This document shows positions 14,071-32,060 of a stretch of 64,000 bases of DNA, in pieces (positions within the stretch are counted from its first letter, which is position 1; every line of letters starts with the position of its first letter). The translations under genes and the position numbers were made by a program. Source of the stretch: Amphiscolops sp. MND2022 (taxonomy: Eukaryota); assembly GCA_964187785.1 (NCBI GenBank), contig OZ076409.1, positions 89,778,001-89,842,000 of the forward strand. The letters run 5' to 3'. The notes below the pieces were generated by a model, which saw only the letters and a list, made by a program, of their open reading frames with translations, did not search any database and was not told the DNA's origin.

Positions 14071-16218
14071 ACTCCCGTTTCCCTCGAGGAAGCAATGACC
14101 ACTGGTGTAGCATCAAAACTTTTTAAACGTGCAATTGTAATCATTGTAATTTTAGTGTGAGTTATAGTTGATGGTCTAGATTCTAGTGCGACCTAATTTA
14201 CTCTTTGATGCTAAGTATCTTTTTGGAATCGACTGAGGCATTCGATCACCTTTAGTAATCGTACTAAGTCTCAAAAGTTCCTTAGAACTTGAATTTCTGA
14301 AAATTAGCGTCTTGGTATCGTGCAACATATCACCGAGGTGAAAAAATTTTCAAGCTAAAATGAAGCTATCCATGAAGAGTGTGCCATATGTTCAAGTAGT
14401 CGCAAAGATCGTTCCTTTGCCAACATGCTGGGCCTATGGAAGTGGCAATTATAATCGGTTGCAGGATTTAAGGAATAAGGTCGAGCTGTCCCATGTCAAT
14501 ATAGGCTGCTAAATTTTCAACTTTCTAGTGTCTTCAAAACTAAGCGCTTAGATAGTGCCGTACCAAATCGTACTGAAGTTAATTCTCGTAAATGTGATGA
14601 AGTTTGAAGGTAATCTAATTTCACGAAACGTAGAATGAAGCGGAAGTTTCTAACATCTTAAAAATCTTAAATTTGAACTGAGAATTTAGAGCAAAAACAA
14701 CGCTTTGTAGTGTGAAACTGAACCCAAAACCAACTGACTCCGGTAATTTTTCAAGTACTTTTTGTAGAATGTAAACTTGTGAAAAGGCTCGATCGCGATA
14801 AGTACCAATTTTTAGTAAAGGCGCAAGACAGGCGCGAAGAGGACGAAAAGGATGAGAACATCCTTGGCGACTGTGTATAGTTAGGAAACGCTTTTAGGAA
14901 GAATCGTGCACCTCCAATCATTATTGAATTCATGAAAGTGTAATCCTACTAAATTGAATACCTCAAGAGATTTGAAAACCCGGCCATGCACATATTCAAA
15001 TCAGTGGCACTAGCGCAAAAGGTAAAGCATTTTAATTTACGAGTTTGACTATTTTCACCCAATTTTGCCTACATTTTCGTTTCCTCCGCCACCAATTTTT
15101 TTGGAAACTTTGGTGAATTTACTAGGACAGAAAGGCTCATCAAACCAAAAACGTTTAATTTTATGTTCAATTTTTGAAGGTGACCGTTTAGGATCCGGAT
15201 ATGAATTTGTTCGCTCTATTATGTTCTCATAAAAGCACACATTCTTGATAGGGAAATCAACAGTTTCATTTTTGAGTCACAGTTTCGAACATAACCACTG
15301 TCAAAATGTGTGGAAAAGGCAGCATAACCTTTTGTCACTGATTTGAATGTCATCTACAGAGTGCTTTTATCCAGTGCATTGTACGGTATACCAAACATTA
15401 TGCATTGGTGTAAGCATGTATTTTCAAAATCGTTTTCCGGTACCGTATTCGTGCATTTTGCCATGAATCCTGTTTTTGTTTCTTGTACGTGTGTCAAAAT
15501 GTTCATTATCCTTAAACGATTGATATAAGTTGAGTATAAATTGAAATTTGAAAACTACTTTCTATCATGAACCGAAATTATGAAAAGTTTTTGCAAAGTT
15601 TCCGACGAAGTTCTGTTCCAATTATTTTTTCACAGCCCACATAGGCTGAAATGCCTTTCGACACTTCGCAAAGATGCAGGGCATGCAAGAATACTCAATG
15701 TAACTCCCCAGACTCTGAAAAGTTAGTCCAATTCAATCCTGATCAGTTGTGACTGGAGCTTATAGTTTTGAAAAGTAACTTCGTGTTTGCACGTTGTTGG
15801 CTGGCCTGGTGTTTTTGATAGCAAACTTTGTCTAGGGCTTTTGCTCGCGACCTAAGTCAGTTTCCTTGAAAGTCAATTTTTGAGTATGATCTAAAATTGT
15901 TGCCGCGATATGTAAAAGACTTTCAGCGAGGTGAGAAGCTGGCTTCGTTTTGAAAAGATTCAAGCCATAATTGCAAAGATGTGAATCAGTTGGCACACAA
16001 GACATACCTTTCATAAAGTTTAGTCAGGAAGTGATTCTCCAATCAATATTTTAATAGCTTCTAAATTCGAGAATAAGGTGTTCACAAAACTTTGTCAATT
16101 GATTAAGTCTCGATTTTTCAAATCCTTTTCTGTAGATTTTTGAATATGAAAATATGTCGGCCAGTGCCAGAAAACTCCTTTGGTTTCGCTAATCTTTGCA
16201 ACCGTAATGAAGGTTTTA

Positions 16219-16283
16219 GACCATCGTGGAATTCGAATCCATAAACTTCTTTTCAGTCGCTTACGCTAACCACTATGCCAAGT
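16219..16283 (-). other. tRNA-derived (SINE-like) fragment
   Basis: Minus strand has A-box-like TGGCATAGTGG and B-box-like GGATTCGAATTCC. No complete cloverleaf. Confidence 0.5.
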
Positions 16284-17051
16284 GGCGTGGCAAACAAGCG
16301 GCGTGAACAAAGTCTGTGAAAAACTAGACCATTGATATACATTTTGTAGTCTGGAGAAAAACTTTAATAGTCGGGCACATTTAAGTAGACGCTTTTTGAA
16401 ATACAAAAAATGCCCGATTCTTCCGGAAACAAGTTTTCTTTTTGTCAGTGATCGCCCTGAATGGTCAATTTTTGTTCAATTTGTTCATGTTCTTCAGTGA
16501 CTTCATATTATCGTGAAGCCTTTCGGCACTGTGCGACTTTTTCGAAAAAAATATTTCACCAAAGTATCCCTTCAGTTTTCAAACTGTTTCAATTTCGGAA
16601 AAGTTGTTCAACGAGCCTAAAGGATTTCTTCTGAGTTTTTCGGCACTGCGAGTTTTTCATGAGAAAAATATTTTTCGCATGAAAAGCGTTTTTCGAGGCC
16701 ACAAGGTGCCCCTTGGGATTTTAAAAATCTCTTAGAATTATGAGAATTTACTTGAAGCCTCTGTCAGGATATTTGAGACTTTGCTTTTTTCTAGCCTTAA
16801 GCAGGCGCCGACTTGAAACGTTCTAGTCTTGTTCAAACATGTACTGACACAACTGTGCAGTCAGCTGTTTCTCACTTGTTCAGTTCTCCCTTTGTGCCGT
16901 TTAAGTCGTCAAACAACTGCTGACAATTGATTACAGCTGTTTAAACGAGCGCATCGAAAAGAAGTCCATTGTCGACAGAAGAAAAATATACATCTAACTT
17001 TTTCCAGCTTCAAGAAGCGTGATTGAAACTGTTTGAGGCTCATGAAACCCA

Positions 17052-18662
17052 TTTTTAGTCGGCGCATTTTCCTTTTAAGGAAAAAAGCCTGACTATTACA
17101 GTGGCATTTTTTTCGTCAGATAACAGAATGTATGTGTAGTAGACACTTTTTACAGAACTACTAAACTACTGGACCGGCAGGCAGAAACGCATCTAAGTTA
17201 GTGCAAAGGGTTCCCCTTTCATTTATTCCATTTTTACATTTGCGATAAGCAAGTGTTATGGGAAAGTGCGGGTGCTTTTTTTTCCGCGCGACAACTCTCT
17301 CGTTTCAGACCGCAAGTCGCATAGTCTGAATTTGTGGCCGTGGCAACTCCTGGCAGTTGGCCAACTTCCAGCACTTGTCGCAACTTCTGGCACTTGGCAT
17401 AGAGGTTAATTAGGATTATTTGAGATCTGCCAAGCAGAAGGACGTGGGTTCGAGTCTCGCCCTTGACCAAAATTTTTTGTGCATCTTATTTCGGCTTTGT
17501 GACTTTTTTCGCAATTTTTTTTCATGTCACCAAAGATTCCTCCCTTCATTTTTTGGTATTTTGCAACAGAACGAATGTTAAAAAATCCCAAAGGGTCCCT
17601 TCTTCCAGATTTTTTGGTACTATGAGACTATTGAAAATTCTCATTTTTTGTTTTTTTTTTTGCAAAATTTTTCAAGTCTCGCTTCAATTTTTTGAAATTT
17701 TGCAACAGAATGGATCTTGAAAAAATCTCAAAGTGCCCCCCTTTTACAGTTTTCGGCATTGAGATTTTTCAAATCGAATAATTTTTGTCTTAAAATTAGG
17801 TTTTCTCAGGCCCAGCACGCTATATCCGATTTTTGTTTTTTTAAAGACCGCTGTTTTTTCTATGCGACTTTTTTTCTAATTTGTTTTCATCGAAGCCTCC
17901 TCAATTTTTACTAGAAACAAAACGTTTTGCGAGCATAAAGCACTGCTCAAGGTTTTCGGCACTATGCGACTTGCCGGAGACCTTCATCAAAAAAATTTTC
18001 GAAAAATTTTGAAAAATTTTTTTCCTCAATTTTCTGTTTTTTTTAAAGGTTTACGGTTGAGAAAGATGGGTTTTCTGTTGTTTCCAGTTGCAGAAGAATT
18101 GTTTTCGAGATTTATGGGTATCCCTTCGGGATTTTTTGGCGCTGTAAAATTGATGAAATTTTAACAATAATGTCCTTTTACCCTTGGCTCTCCGTATGAT
18201 ATTGCTTATTTGTGTTTCTTCAAATGTTCGCAACTTTCTTCGCAAGTGTTTGCGAAGCACGGCTTCGCCTCTGTGTTAACGTAAGATATAAAACCGGACG
18301 AGACTGAGTTTTTTTGAGTTTTTTTCGGCACTGTGCGACTTTTTTTTCGAAATTTTCATTGTCTCCAAAGGGTCCCCCTTCGAATTTTTTGATATTTTGC
18401 AACAAACTGAAGTTTCCAAAAGCCCAAAGGGTCTCCCCTTTCAAGTTTTTTGGCACTATGAGGCTGTTTCAAAATTCTCATTTTTCGTTTTTTTTTTGAA
18501 AATTTTTTTATGTCTCCAAAGGGTCCCCTTTCATTTTTTTGATATTTTGCAATAATCTGGATTTTCAAGAAGCCCAAATGGTCCCCTTTTTACACTTTTA
18601 AAAAATTTTCCGCTTTTTGAGCCTTAAATATAGCGCCGACTTTAGACGTTTCCGTTTTGTTA
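17052..18662 (+). mobile_element. Helentron/DINE-like family 1 copy containing a nested family 2 copy
   Basis: 5' TTTTTAGTCGGCGC...GCCTGACT and 3' AGCGCCGACTTTAGACGTTTCCGTTTTGTT. Confidence 0.6.
17235..18275 (+). mobile_element. Helentron/DINE-like family 2 copy (paralogue of 58108-59128)
   Basis: Sub-TIR ACA(C/T)TTGCG...CGCAAGTGT followed by the stem-loop GCGAAGC-ACG-GCTTCGC and CTCTGTG. Long similarity to 58108-59128. Confidence 0.7.
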
Positions 18663-18825
18663 ATTTTACCAGAAGTTAGACTTTAAATTTTGAAATTGAA
18701 GATTTTTGAAAGCAATTCATGGGCTACCTAGCAGTGGGAGAAAATTCGAAAACATTTCGGCTCCATGCTTTTTTGACAAACCCCTGAAAAACTCCATGAC
18801 TTCCTATTTTCCAGCCATGTATTTC

Positions 18826-19483
18826 GGGGTACGGAAAAACTCAACACATGAAACTCAACAAAGAAAATTCAACACATAGTAAAAAACAAAACTCAACATA
18901 AGAAACTGAACACAGAAAAATCAACACAAAAACTCAACACATTTAATTAATTTCAGTTAAAACCTCAATTGAGTTTAACTTCCAGATTAAACAATTCTTT
19001 AAATGTCGTAAAGGGTTGTATAAGAAACGTTAGGTCATACTTGAGTAGTCAATTATACAGTTCGCAAATTCTGAGCAGTTTCGATATAATGGTTTTTCAT
19101 AATAGGATGAAATGATAATTAGACTTTTTGACACAAATTCTATGAGAACTGAAAACAAAATTGAAACTGAATGTTGGGTGAAAATGACCATCTTTTGAAC
19201 GGTTTTTTGTCAACTGAATTGTCGGGCTAGATAACTTCAGAATTGAAAAAGCCAATGAGAATGAGGAAAAATCATCAGAATGTGGATCTATTTCAATAAT
19301 TTTGGCAAATACCGAATTTTGGCAAATTTCATCCGAATTTTGGAACGCTAACAAAACGTAAATTCGATGTTAAATCTAGTGGAAGGTATATTGGGGTACG
19401 AAATACTCAACACAAGAAAATAGTTAAAAATAGAATCTAGAATAAAATGTGTTTAGTTTTCTGTGTTGAGTTTTCTGGTAATC
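18826..19483. mobile_element. Foldback MITE (AACTCAACAC arms)
   Basis: TSD TGTATTTC (18818-18825 and 19484-19491), GG start, inverted aactcaacac/gtgttgagtt arrays, an internal second left end near 19393. Confidence 0.75.
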
Positions 19484-20617
19484 TGTATTTCCGATCTGAG
19501 GAAGGAAACCTTAGAAGTGGATTCCCTTATACACTAGGATTCCGTGTTTGTGAACGAAGTCATCTGACTTGTTTTCTGTTTCCTTCCGTGTAAGTATCTG
19601 TTCAGTTCTTGTAACTTGTACGCTCCCAGGAGCAACAAATATGTGAATTCAATTAATATTATTATGGTTTTTTTCTTATTTTGTAGAGGTAGATGAGAGC
19701 AAAGGGTACCTCCCGATGGCTTATGGTACTACATGTTTTTTTTCGAACCAAAACGTTCCTCCTTTTGTTTTTCTTGATGTTATCAGCGAGGAAAAATGTA
19801 TTGCAAGCCAAGAGGGCCATCCTTTTTGGATTTTCACCTCTATGCGACCTTTTTTTGATCGAAAAATTCTCACAACCTCGGCGTTTTGACGTTTTCAGTG
19901 AAGGAAAAGTGATGAAAGTTTTCTCCATTAGTTTTGTTGATCATATTCAAAAGACTCGGACCCTTTCCGACTTGTTTTAAATGAAACCACGATAATACCG
20001 AATCATTGACGTTTTTTGTCGGATTAGGTTTTGCCCAGAAAAACTCTGAGCAAATACTTTTTTTGAAATTTGTCTTCATGGAACGCTATATGCATGAATT
20101 CGAGTTCAGATCTGTAGAGAGGTTTTTCAGATCCGTTAGTTTTTTTTTAAACAGCTGACGTTGGCAAGTGTTCCATTTTTGCTCAAAACATCTTGTAGTA
20201 ATACACGAAAAATATCGAAATGCCTATGTGCTTCTGTTTCATTGGAAACGATAAATTAGAGTTTGAAATCATAGTCAAGTCTTCAATTTGTGAGGCAAAT
20301 GGGTTTGAGATGAAACAAAGCCTGAATATTCAGTGTTCTGTAGGTGGTTGAACTGATAGTCTGCAGCGACGAACTATCAAAAATTTTTAAAAGCACAGTG
20401 GTATGTTGCCAGAATTTTCCAGATGCACAAAAATTTTCCATGCACGGTTCTTGAATTTCCCATGTTCTATAAAATGGAGATTTGAAAAACAAGGCAAGAA
20501 AACACTTTGTGATTGGCTTGAAAATATTGAGCTGGTTAACTCGATTTTTTTTGTGGAACCAATTTTTCCCATCAAGAACCCAAGGTAAAAACGAAAGCTT
20601 TGTTTTTTACAATAGAC

Positions 20618-21176
20618 ACAAGCCGGGAACGGCATAAATCGGCGCCATATCAAAGGCTCAAAAATGGCAAAAGGACTTCAAAGTGTCAACGTATTCTCTT
20701 ATACAGTACCTGAAAAAACCCAAAAGTTGGACCGAAGTGGTACGCTAAAAGGGGGACCCTTTCGGATTTTTTAACATCCAGTCTGTTGCAAAATATCAGA
20801 AAAATGAAGGGCGATCCTTTGGAGACATTAAAAATTTTTCAAAAAAAAAGTCTCACAATGCCGAAAAAAACTGAAAGGGGAGGAGTCTTTAGTCTCTTCT
20901 GCGGTATTGCATGTTACTCTGAAAAAGGAACAACTTTTATAGTTAGTTAAGTTCCTTGGGCCAAATGGTCCAATTCGTCACCTTAAAATTTTGCAGAACT
21001 TTGTAGAACTTTTTTGGCCAGTTCGTGTGGATTGAAAAAAAAGAGTCACTAGTATAGTCGCGTTTCACTTCATGAAGCGCCGATTAAAAACTCAATCCGT
21101 TCGTTTTTAACAACTCATCGTAAAAAAAGAGTCTATAGTATATTCGGATTTCACTTCATGAAGTGGCGACTAAAAA
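20618..21176 (-). mobile_element. Helentron/DINE-like family 1 copy
   Basis: ACAAGCCGGGAACGGC...TCGGCGCCATATC end as at 11154, with the hairpin end duplicated. Confidence 0.6.
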
Positions 21177-21994
21177 TTGAAATCCACACTGCAATAAAAT
21201 GAAGCCCCTGGACTTAATCTACCCCCAGAATCATGCAAGTCATGTCAACGACGACCAGCTACACTGCACCTTGACTACAGTAGCTCACAGTGTGTGGTCT
21301 GGTCTGTACAATTGCGCTACCGAAGGAATATTTGCTAGTTTTGTCACGTGTCATTGCGACCTTTCAAGAACACGACACGGATTTACTCAACCCCTAATCC
21401 ACTTGAGTTGCACTTTTCAGGCTTGCTGTAACTTGCAAGTCTCAAAGTATAAGCATTTTCCTAGTCTCTAAACACTCGGCACATAATAATAGAGTCGTGT
21501 GGGATCAGTCGTTATCGAAGTAGCTTGTAATAACCGCAATTGAAATACGCCTTGTAGTGAATTTATTCATGACTAGTTTTATAAAAATTGCTACTTTTAT
21601 AGACGGATAGTTACTTTAAACTTGTAAATGACCACTAAACCCCTGCGGCAAATGAGCATTTCCTGAGTTGAATTGAAAGCGATAGAAATTTAATGTCGTG
21701 CTACTGCGGGGCCTCGATTTATCCATGATTATGACACGTGGTCCTACTTTTGAGGCTTTAGATAGCTGATAACCAGGAAAATTATTGTCAAGTCTTTCAG
21801 TATTTATCTATGTCAAAATTAAGCTGTATGCTTTCTTGAACTCGGGTTCTTGTGACTATTGCGTCACTATTTACAGTACTTCTTATCTTCTCGGCTTCTT
21901 ATCGAAGTATAAACACTCAAGTATTGACCAATCTGCTATAGACATTTGTTCCCATTTTTGTCACATATTGTCCTAGAATCAAGTCGTCATCGAA

Positions 21995-26243
<4,249 letters not shown>

Positions 26244-26826
26244 GACCCAGATGGTCTCTTTCGAGAAGGAGTAAACATCTACGAAAACTGCCAGTTGTTA
26301 AACTCTGCAGTCAACTGAAGTGAAGCATGAAGAGAAATAGTATAGAAACTGTGTTATGGTAGATTAGAAGAATAGTATAGATATATCGAAATATAGTATT
26401 AGTGCTCAAATTATGTTGAAGTGTTCCGTATATTTAGTAGTATTTAATTGCTCGGTTGAAAGAAAATAAAATTTATGCACTTTTTCTCTGTTTGCAGAAT
26501 ATTATGGAATGTAATTCTCGTGCGACACGAAATACAATGAAAATGGAACGAAGAACCTCGACACAATGGTAATGTTATTGAGTTCAAATCACCAATTTGG
26601 CCCTCGCGGTGATTACCGACTTGAATTATTGTTGCCATTTGGGACTGATTAGCCCATTTGTTGTCTAGTAACGTGAAATAACCAAATTCCATCCATCTTC
26701 CTCCTTGGAAACGGAAAATTGTTCACGAAGTGGTTGCATATATATACGAGCTTTTGATTCAAATCAGTCGCAGCAGAGATGATTTGAAACTTTCGATGCA
26801 TATAACACATATAACATGTTTCAATT

Positions 26827-27877
26827 TGTTGCGACTACTTATCGGAGTGGAGTGTTTTTGGAAGTCGCTTTTGATTTTATAGGAGTTGAAGTTGAGGCAG
26901 GATTAGTATTCAACGTTTCAGAATCTGAGTCTTCTAAGTTTTGAGGAATTGTTGATTTCGTAACAGTAGGAGCTATAAGCTTTAACATTTCCCTTTGGTT
27001 TTCAGCTAAGATATTTGTCAGATCAGACATTATTTCCTTCCTCAGTGTCGTTTTGATCTCGTATAGTTTCCCAGCTTGTATTTTAGGGGATTTGCTTGGG
27101 CCTGCAACTAGGTTCTCAGTTTGACTATTTTCAGCTCATTCGTCGCCGTTGTTGAAATCATAACTTGTTCAGTTTAGTACATTTCTATTTGAGCGTCAAA
27201 ATGGCGGCAAAATAAGAGTCCGCATAACATTTTCATCGACGAACAGACGCCGGCATGAACCTCGACAGTACAGGAAATGACTAATTAACTGAGGGAAATT
27301 AGTGATTCGTTCGTGATGCTAGGAAGGTATAAATATGATGTGTAGCGATGCATGAAGGACTTCTTAGTCTATTGCTTTTGTAGAGCCAGTTGTATTGCCT
27401 TGCTAACCCTGTTATCACCTTTTGTTAAAACGACATATTGAAATTCAACTCAGAATTGCATCAAATCTTTCTTACAAGATGTTCACAACTAGGAGCCAAA
27501 AGAGGAAAAATATCCAGGAGGACAGCACCGAAAATGTAAGTGAAGGTTTGATTTCACCAGTTTTAGTAAGAGACGAGGTCCAGGTAGACCAAGGTGCGAT
27601 GGTTGCGGGCCCATCAAGCGCAAAATCTCCCAGGATTGAAAACAGCACTCTTGAAAACTTAAGAGCTTCTTTAAAAGATGAAATCACGTTGGAATCAAAA
27701 TCCCCCTCGTAGAATCCCAGAAAGAGATATTGAAGCATTTAAAACCTAAAACAAACGAGAATGTCAGAGAAGAACTTGAAGACGAACCAGAAAACGAGAC
27801 GAGGAGCTTTTATACTCCAACTAAGTTAGATAGAACAAATTCTACCCAAAACAATGAGTCATACGCTAGTTGTAACA
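26827..27877. mobile_element. Two back-to-back LTR-like remnants with gag-like N-termini (minus 26827-~27140, plus ~27170-27877)
   Basis: Ends TCGCAACA (minus) and TTGTAACA (plus). TATAAATA at 27328. Related peptides ENQREMLKLI..TP.K and ESQKEILKHL..TPTK, plus an MFTTRSQ start. No PBS, TSD or pol seen. Confidence 0.45.
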
Positions 27878-29272
27878 CTGCGTGTTGCCGCAAAATTGAC
27901 TCGCAAGTCAAATTGTTCGAAATTTTTTAATAGGAAAAAGAAAACTGCCGTGCGACTCAGTTTTGCGGTTGATTCGACATGCGATAACGTAGTCGTTCTC
28001 TGGGAAGGTATTTGAGACCTTCTAGGCCCATCAAGCGCAAAATCTCCCAGGATTGAAAACAGCACTCTTGAAAACTTAAGAGCTTCTTTAAAAGATGAAA
28101 TCACGTTGGAATCAAAATCCCCCTCGTAGAATCCCAGAAAGAGATATTGAAGCATTTAAAACCTAAAACAAACGAGAATGTCAGAGAAGAACTTGAAGAC
28201 GAACCAGAAAACGAGACGAGGAGCTTTTATACTCCAACTAAGTTAGATAGAACAAATTCTACCCAAAACAATGAGTCATACGCTAGTTGTAACACTGCGT
28301 GTTGCCGCAAAATTGACTCGCAAGTCAAATTGTTCAAAATTTTTTAATAGGAAAAAGAAAACTGCCGTGCGACTCAGTTTTGCGGTTGATTCGACATGCG
28401 ATAACGTAGTCGTTCTCTGGGAAGGTATTTGAGACCTTCTAGGCCCATCAAGCGCAAAATCTCCCAGGATTGAAAACAGCACTCTTGAAAACTTAAGAGC
28501 TTCTTTAAAAGATGAAATCACGTTGGAATCAAAATCCCCCTCGTAGAATCCCAGAAAGAGATATTGAAGCATTTAAAACCTAAAACAAACGAGAATGTCA
28601 GAGAAGAACTTGAAGACGAACCAGAAAACGAGACGAGGAGCTTTTATACTCCAACTAAGTTAGATAGAACAAATTCTACCCAAAACAATGAGTCATACGC
28701 TAGTTGTAACACTGCGTGTTGCCGCAAAATTGACTCGCAAGTCAAATTGTTCGAAATTTTTTAATAGGAAAAAGAAAACTGCCGTGCGACTCAGTTTTGC
28801 GGTTGATTCGACATGCGATAACGTAGTCGTTCTCTGGGAAGGTATTTGAGACCTTCTAGGCCCATCAAGCGCAAAATCTCCCAGGATTGAAAACAGCACT
28901 CTTGAAAACTTAAGAGCTTCTTTAAAAGATGAAATCACGTTGGAATCAAAATCCCCCTCGTAGAATCCCAGAAAGAGATATTGAAGCATTTAAAACCTAA
29001 AACAAACGAGAATGTCAGAGAAGAACTTGAAGACGAACCAGAAAACGAGACGAGGAGCTTTTATACTCCAACTAAGTTAGATAGAACAAATTCTACCCAA
29101 AACAATGAGTCATACGCTAGTTGTAACACTGCGTGTTGCCGCAAAATTGACTCGCAAGTCAAATTGTTCAAAATTTTTTAATAGGAAAAAGAAAACTGCC
29201 GTGCGACTCAGTTTTGCGGTTGATTCGACATGCGATAACGTAGTCGCTCTCTGGGAAGGTATTTGAGACCTT
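27608..29272. repeat. 417-bp tandem array x4
   Basis: Units start at 27608, 28025, 28442 and 28859 and are almost identical. Confidence 0.97.
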
Positions 29273-30989
29273 ATCGTCAAACCAGGTTTCAGATGCACAA
29301 TAGGCATCAGCATTTTGGGAAATTGACAGATTTAGGAACGCCAAATGTCTATTACAAAGGTTTACAGATGCTATTTCGATCTTTAGGCAGTAAGGGTTTT
29401 GATCATTAGCTTTTTTCTTTGGAGTCCATTCTTATTCAGGTGAGTAAGAGATTTCCCTCGTCTTAGAAACACATATGGAGGCTCCCCTTCAGTGCTTTGC
29501 TTGAATTTAGTTTGTTTTCTTGATATAACACCAAAGTAAATTAATTCTTCTATGTTGACATTCTCATTTCGGGTCTTGTTGACATTCTCACTGCAGTCTT
29601 TGAACTGAAACTCGGTAGAGGTCAAGGAGCGGGAATGAACCGAATGTAACATCTGATATGCAAATACGAGTAGATTTCTTTTTTAATCAATCGGGATTTC
29701 ACTACCCGAACATGTCTACGCACCAGGAGTTGTTGTTAAACAAACTCAAAATACATTAAATTGAGACGTTTCATATATACAATTTGATAGAGTACTTTAC
29801 AGTTGTTTGAAACTAGAGCTATCGTTTTTACATTATTCTTTTCTTTTAGTAACTAGTTTACCAGAATAGAACATCGGATTGATAGGGTTGACTGCAAGTT
29901 TAATTTACCTCTCCATTCTAATTGACGAGCTTGAGAACACGAATTCTTAACTGGTTTTTCGGAATCCCGTTTTTAACGGAATCGAAGCGCTTCAGAAGTA
30001 GAAGTTGTTCCAATTTTTGTTGATGGTGTCGATATTTCAAGTATGACCAGGAAATCATTTTTTTTTATCGCGGCGCCAACAACTTTGCCCCCATTCAACG
30101 GGTTCTTGAGTTCAACCGTTATCGTTTTTGCGTCTATTAGACTCATGGGGACTTTTTTGTACACGTCTCTAATTTGGACATTTTCACCAAGTTTGACCAA
30201 GACTTCGGTTATCAACCAGTGACATTTCGATTTTTTTTTCAAAGTATCGCTATGACAATGTGCACTTTTGTGACCTTTGTTTTTCATCATCAGCTTTATC
30301 GGTTTCTGGAAAAAGGTTTTCAAAGGCCTCGCTGAAAATATTTAATCTATTCACTTGGAATACCTTCAAATCAATAGCCAAGCCATCAATTCCAGCTCTC
30401 AGCTGAATATTTTGAACACATACGTTCGACCCAAAGTTGACTACTGTTTGTTTTTAGTCGACGCATTAGTCGGTCTCCCCTTTATAGTTTTTCGGCACTA
30501 TGAGACTGTTTCAAAATTCTCATTTTTCGAATTTTTTAAATGCCTCCAAAGCATCCCCTCTTCAATTTTTTTGATATTTTGCAACAAACTGGATTTTCAA
30601 AGAGTCGAAAGGGTCCCCTCTTTTACAAATTTAAAAACGTTGCGCTTTTTGAGCATTAGATATAGCGCCGACTTCAGACTTTGCCTCCTTGTTTGGTATA
30701 ATAAGAATCCCTTTACACTGAACGGACTGTGGTGGAATGTAGTAAAAACCATCTTCTCGTCCAAAATCAGTGGATTCTACTAACATAATGCCTTCGCTAC
30801 ACTCAAATTCCCGTCACTGAAGACTCTATATTCTGAAAACAATCCAAGACTTCTGTCATCTGTGATCATTCATTAATTGTTGAATTTTATTTCCAGTATC
30901 CCTACTTTGCGGGAGGTTGCTTTAGCTACAAATAGTCAAGGAAAGAATTGGGAGTTGTATAAAGTAATGTAATGCGTTAATGATGAAAG

Positions 30990-32060
30990 TTATAGGATCC
31001 CGTTTAACTTCGTTGAATGTGAGATGTAGTCAACAGTAGTATTGCAGTCTTCAGTATCTAGGAATTCCAATGAGTCAATGTCTTCAGGTCTGATGTCGTG
31101 GTATAGGACACATGCCAGACGGAAATGTTCGGCAGTCTCCTCACTTTTGTCACAACAACACATAGGAGACTCCGTCTGCCCGTTTTTCCACGCGTAATCG
31201 GCTAAGGCGAAAGAATTGCCAATCAGCATTTCACACATTTTGATAGCTTTGTACCTTTATAGCTTGAAAAGAGGCAACAGAATGTTCTACGCTGGTAGCG
31301 TTTTGCTGCGACAATTCAGAAATGACGTGATTGTTATTATGTTTCCACCTAAGGTACCACAGATGGTTAACGAAAAGCTGAATCTTGCTGTTTGTATCTC
31401 GTACAATTTCAATTTCTAAAAAACTTTCCGAATCGCAAAACCTGACTCTCGAGGAAGTTAGCAACGCAGACCGGAAAGGAAAACAAAGACTGTCCTTACG
31501 AAATAATTCTGTACTGCTGTGACGTATTTGAGGTTCTTCTCGAGACATCGATGCTGCATAGAGAAGTGAGGGTAAGATGCACGTTTTGTACAACAGAACT
31601 AGCGTTGAAACTGCAAGGCTCCATTTTCTACTGCATAACGACTTGATCATATTCCAGTCTCGCTTCGCTTTCTCGATCGTTTTACTAGAATGATCACGGT
31701 AGTTGAGCTTGCTATCAATAATTACTCCGAGAGACTGTTGTTTTTTTATCTTGACATTTATCATTATCGAAGAACGGGAACTCGAAGTCGTTTTCTTTGC
31801 AGTTGAACAGGATTATTTCACCTTTTGCTCCATTAACTAACAACCTCGAATCAGCACACCCATTCTCAATGTCGGAACAAGTTTTTTGAAGGATACCAGA
31901 TGAATCTGAAGAATGTTCGCTAGTGACAATGACAGACCTATCGTCTGCAAACTTGAATTTCTGTGCTTGATTGCTGAGAAGGTCTTTTTGAAAGTGGTGT
32001 CTACTTAAAGGAATTTGTATAAACAACCGTATCATAGGTCAGAACAGCATCATCGATGTC
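30990..32060 (-). mobile_element. Decayed LINE 3' fragment (RT end + CCHC zinc knuckle)
   Basis: FADD, LGVIIDSKLN, LYK..ILPSLLYA, C.C...EET.EHF.L.C. Clade not resolved. Confidence 0.8.

Noticed and set aside
27608..29272. CRISPR-like array
   Set aside because: Units are 417-bp near-identical repeats with no unique spacers, there are no cas genes, and the context is eukaryotic.
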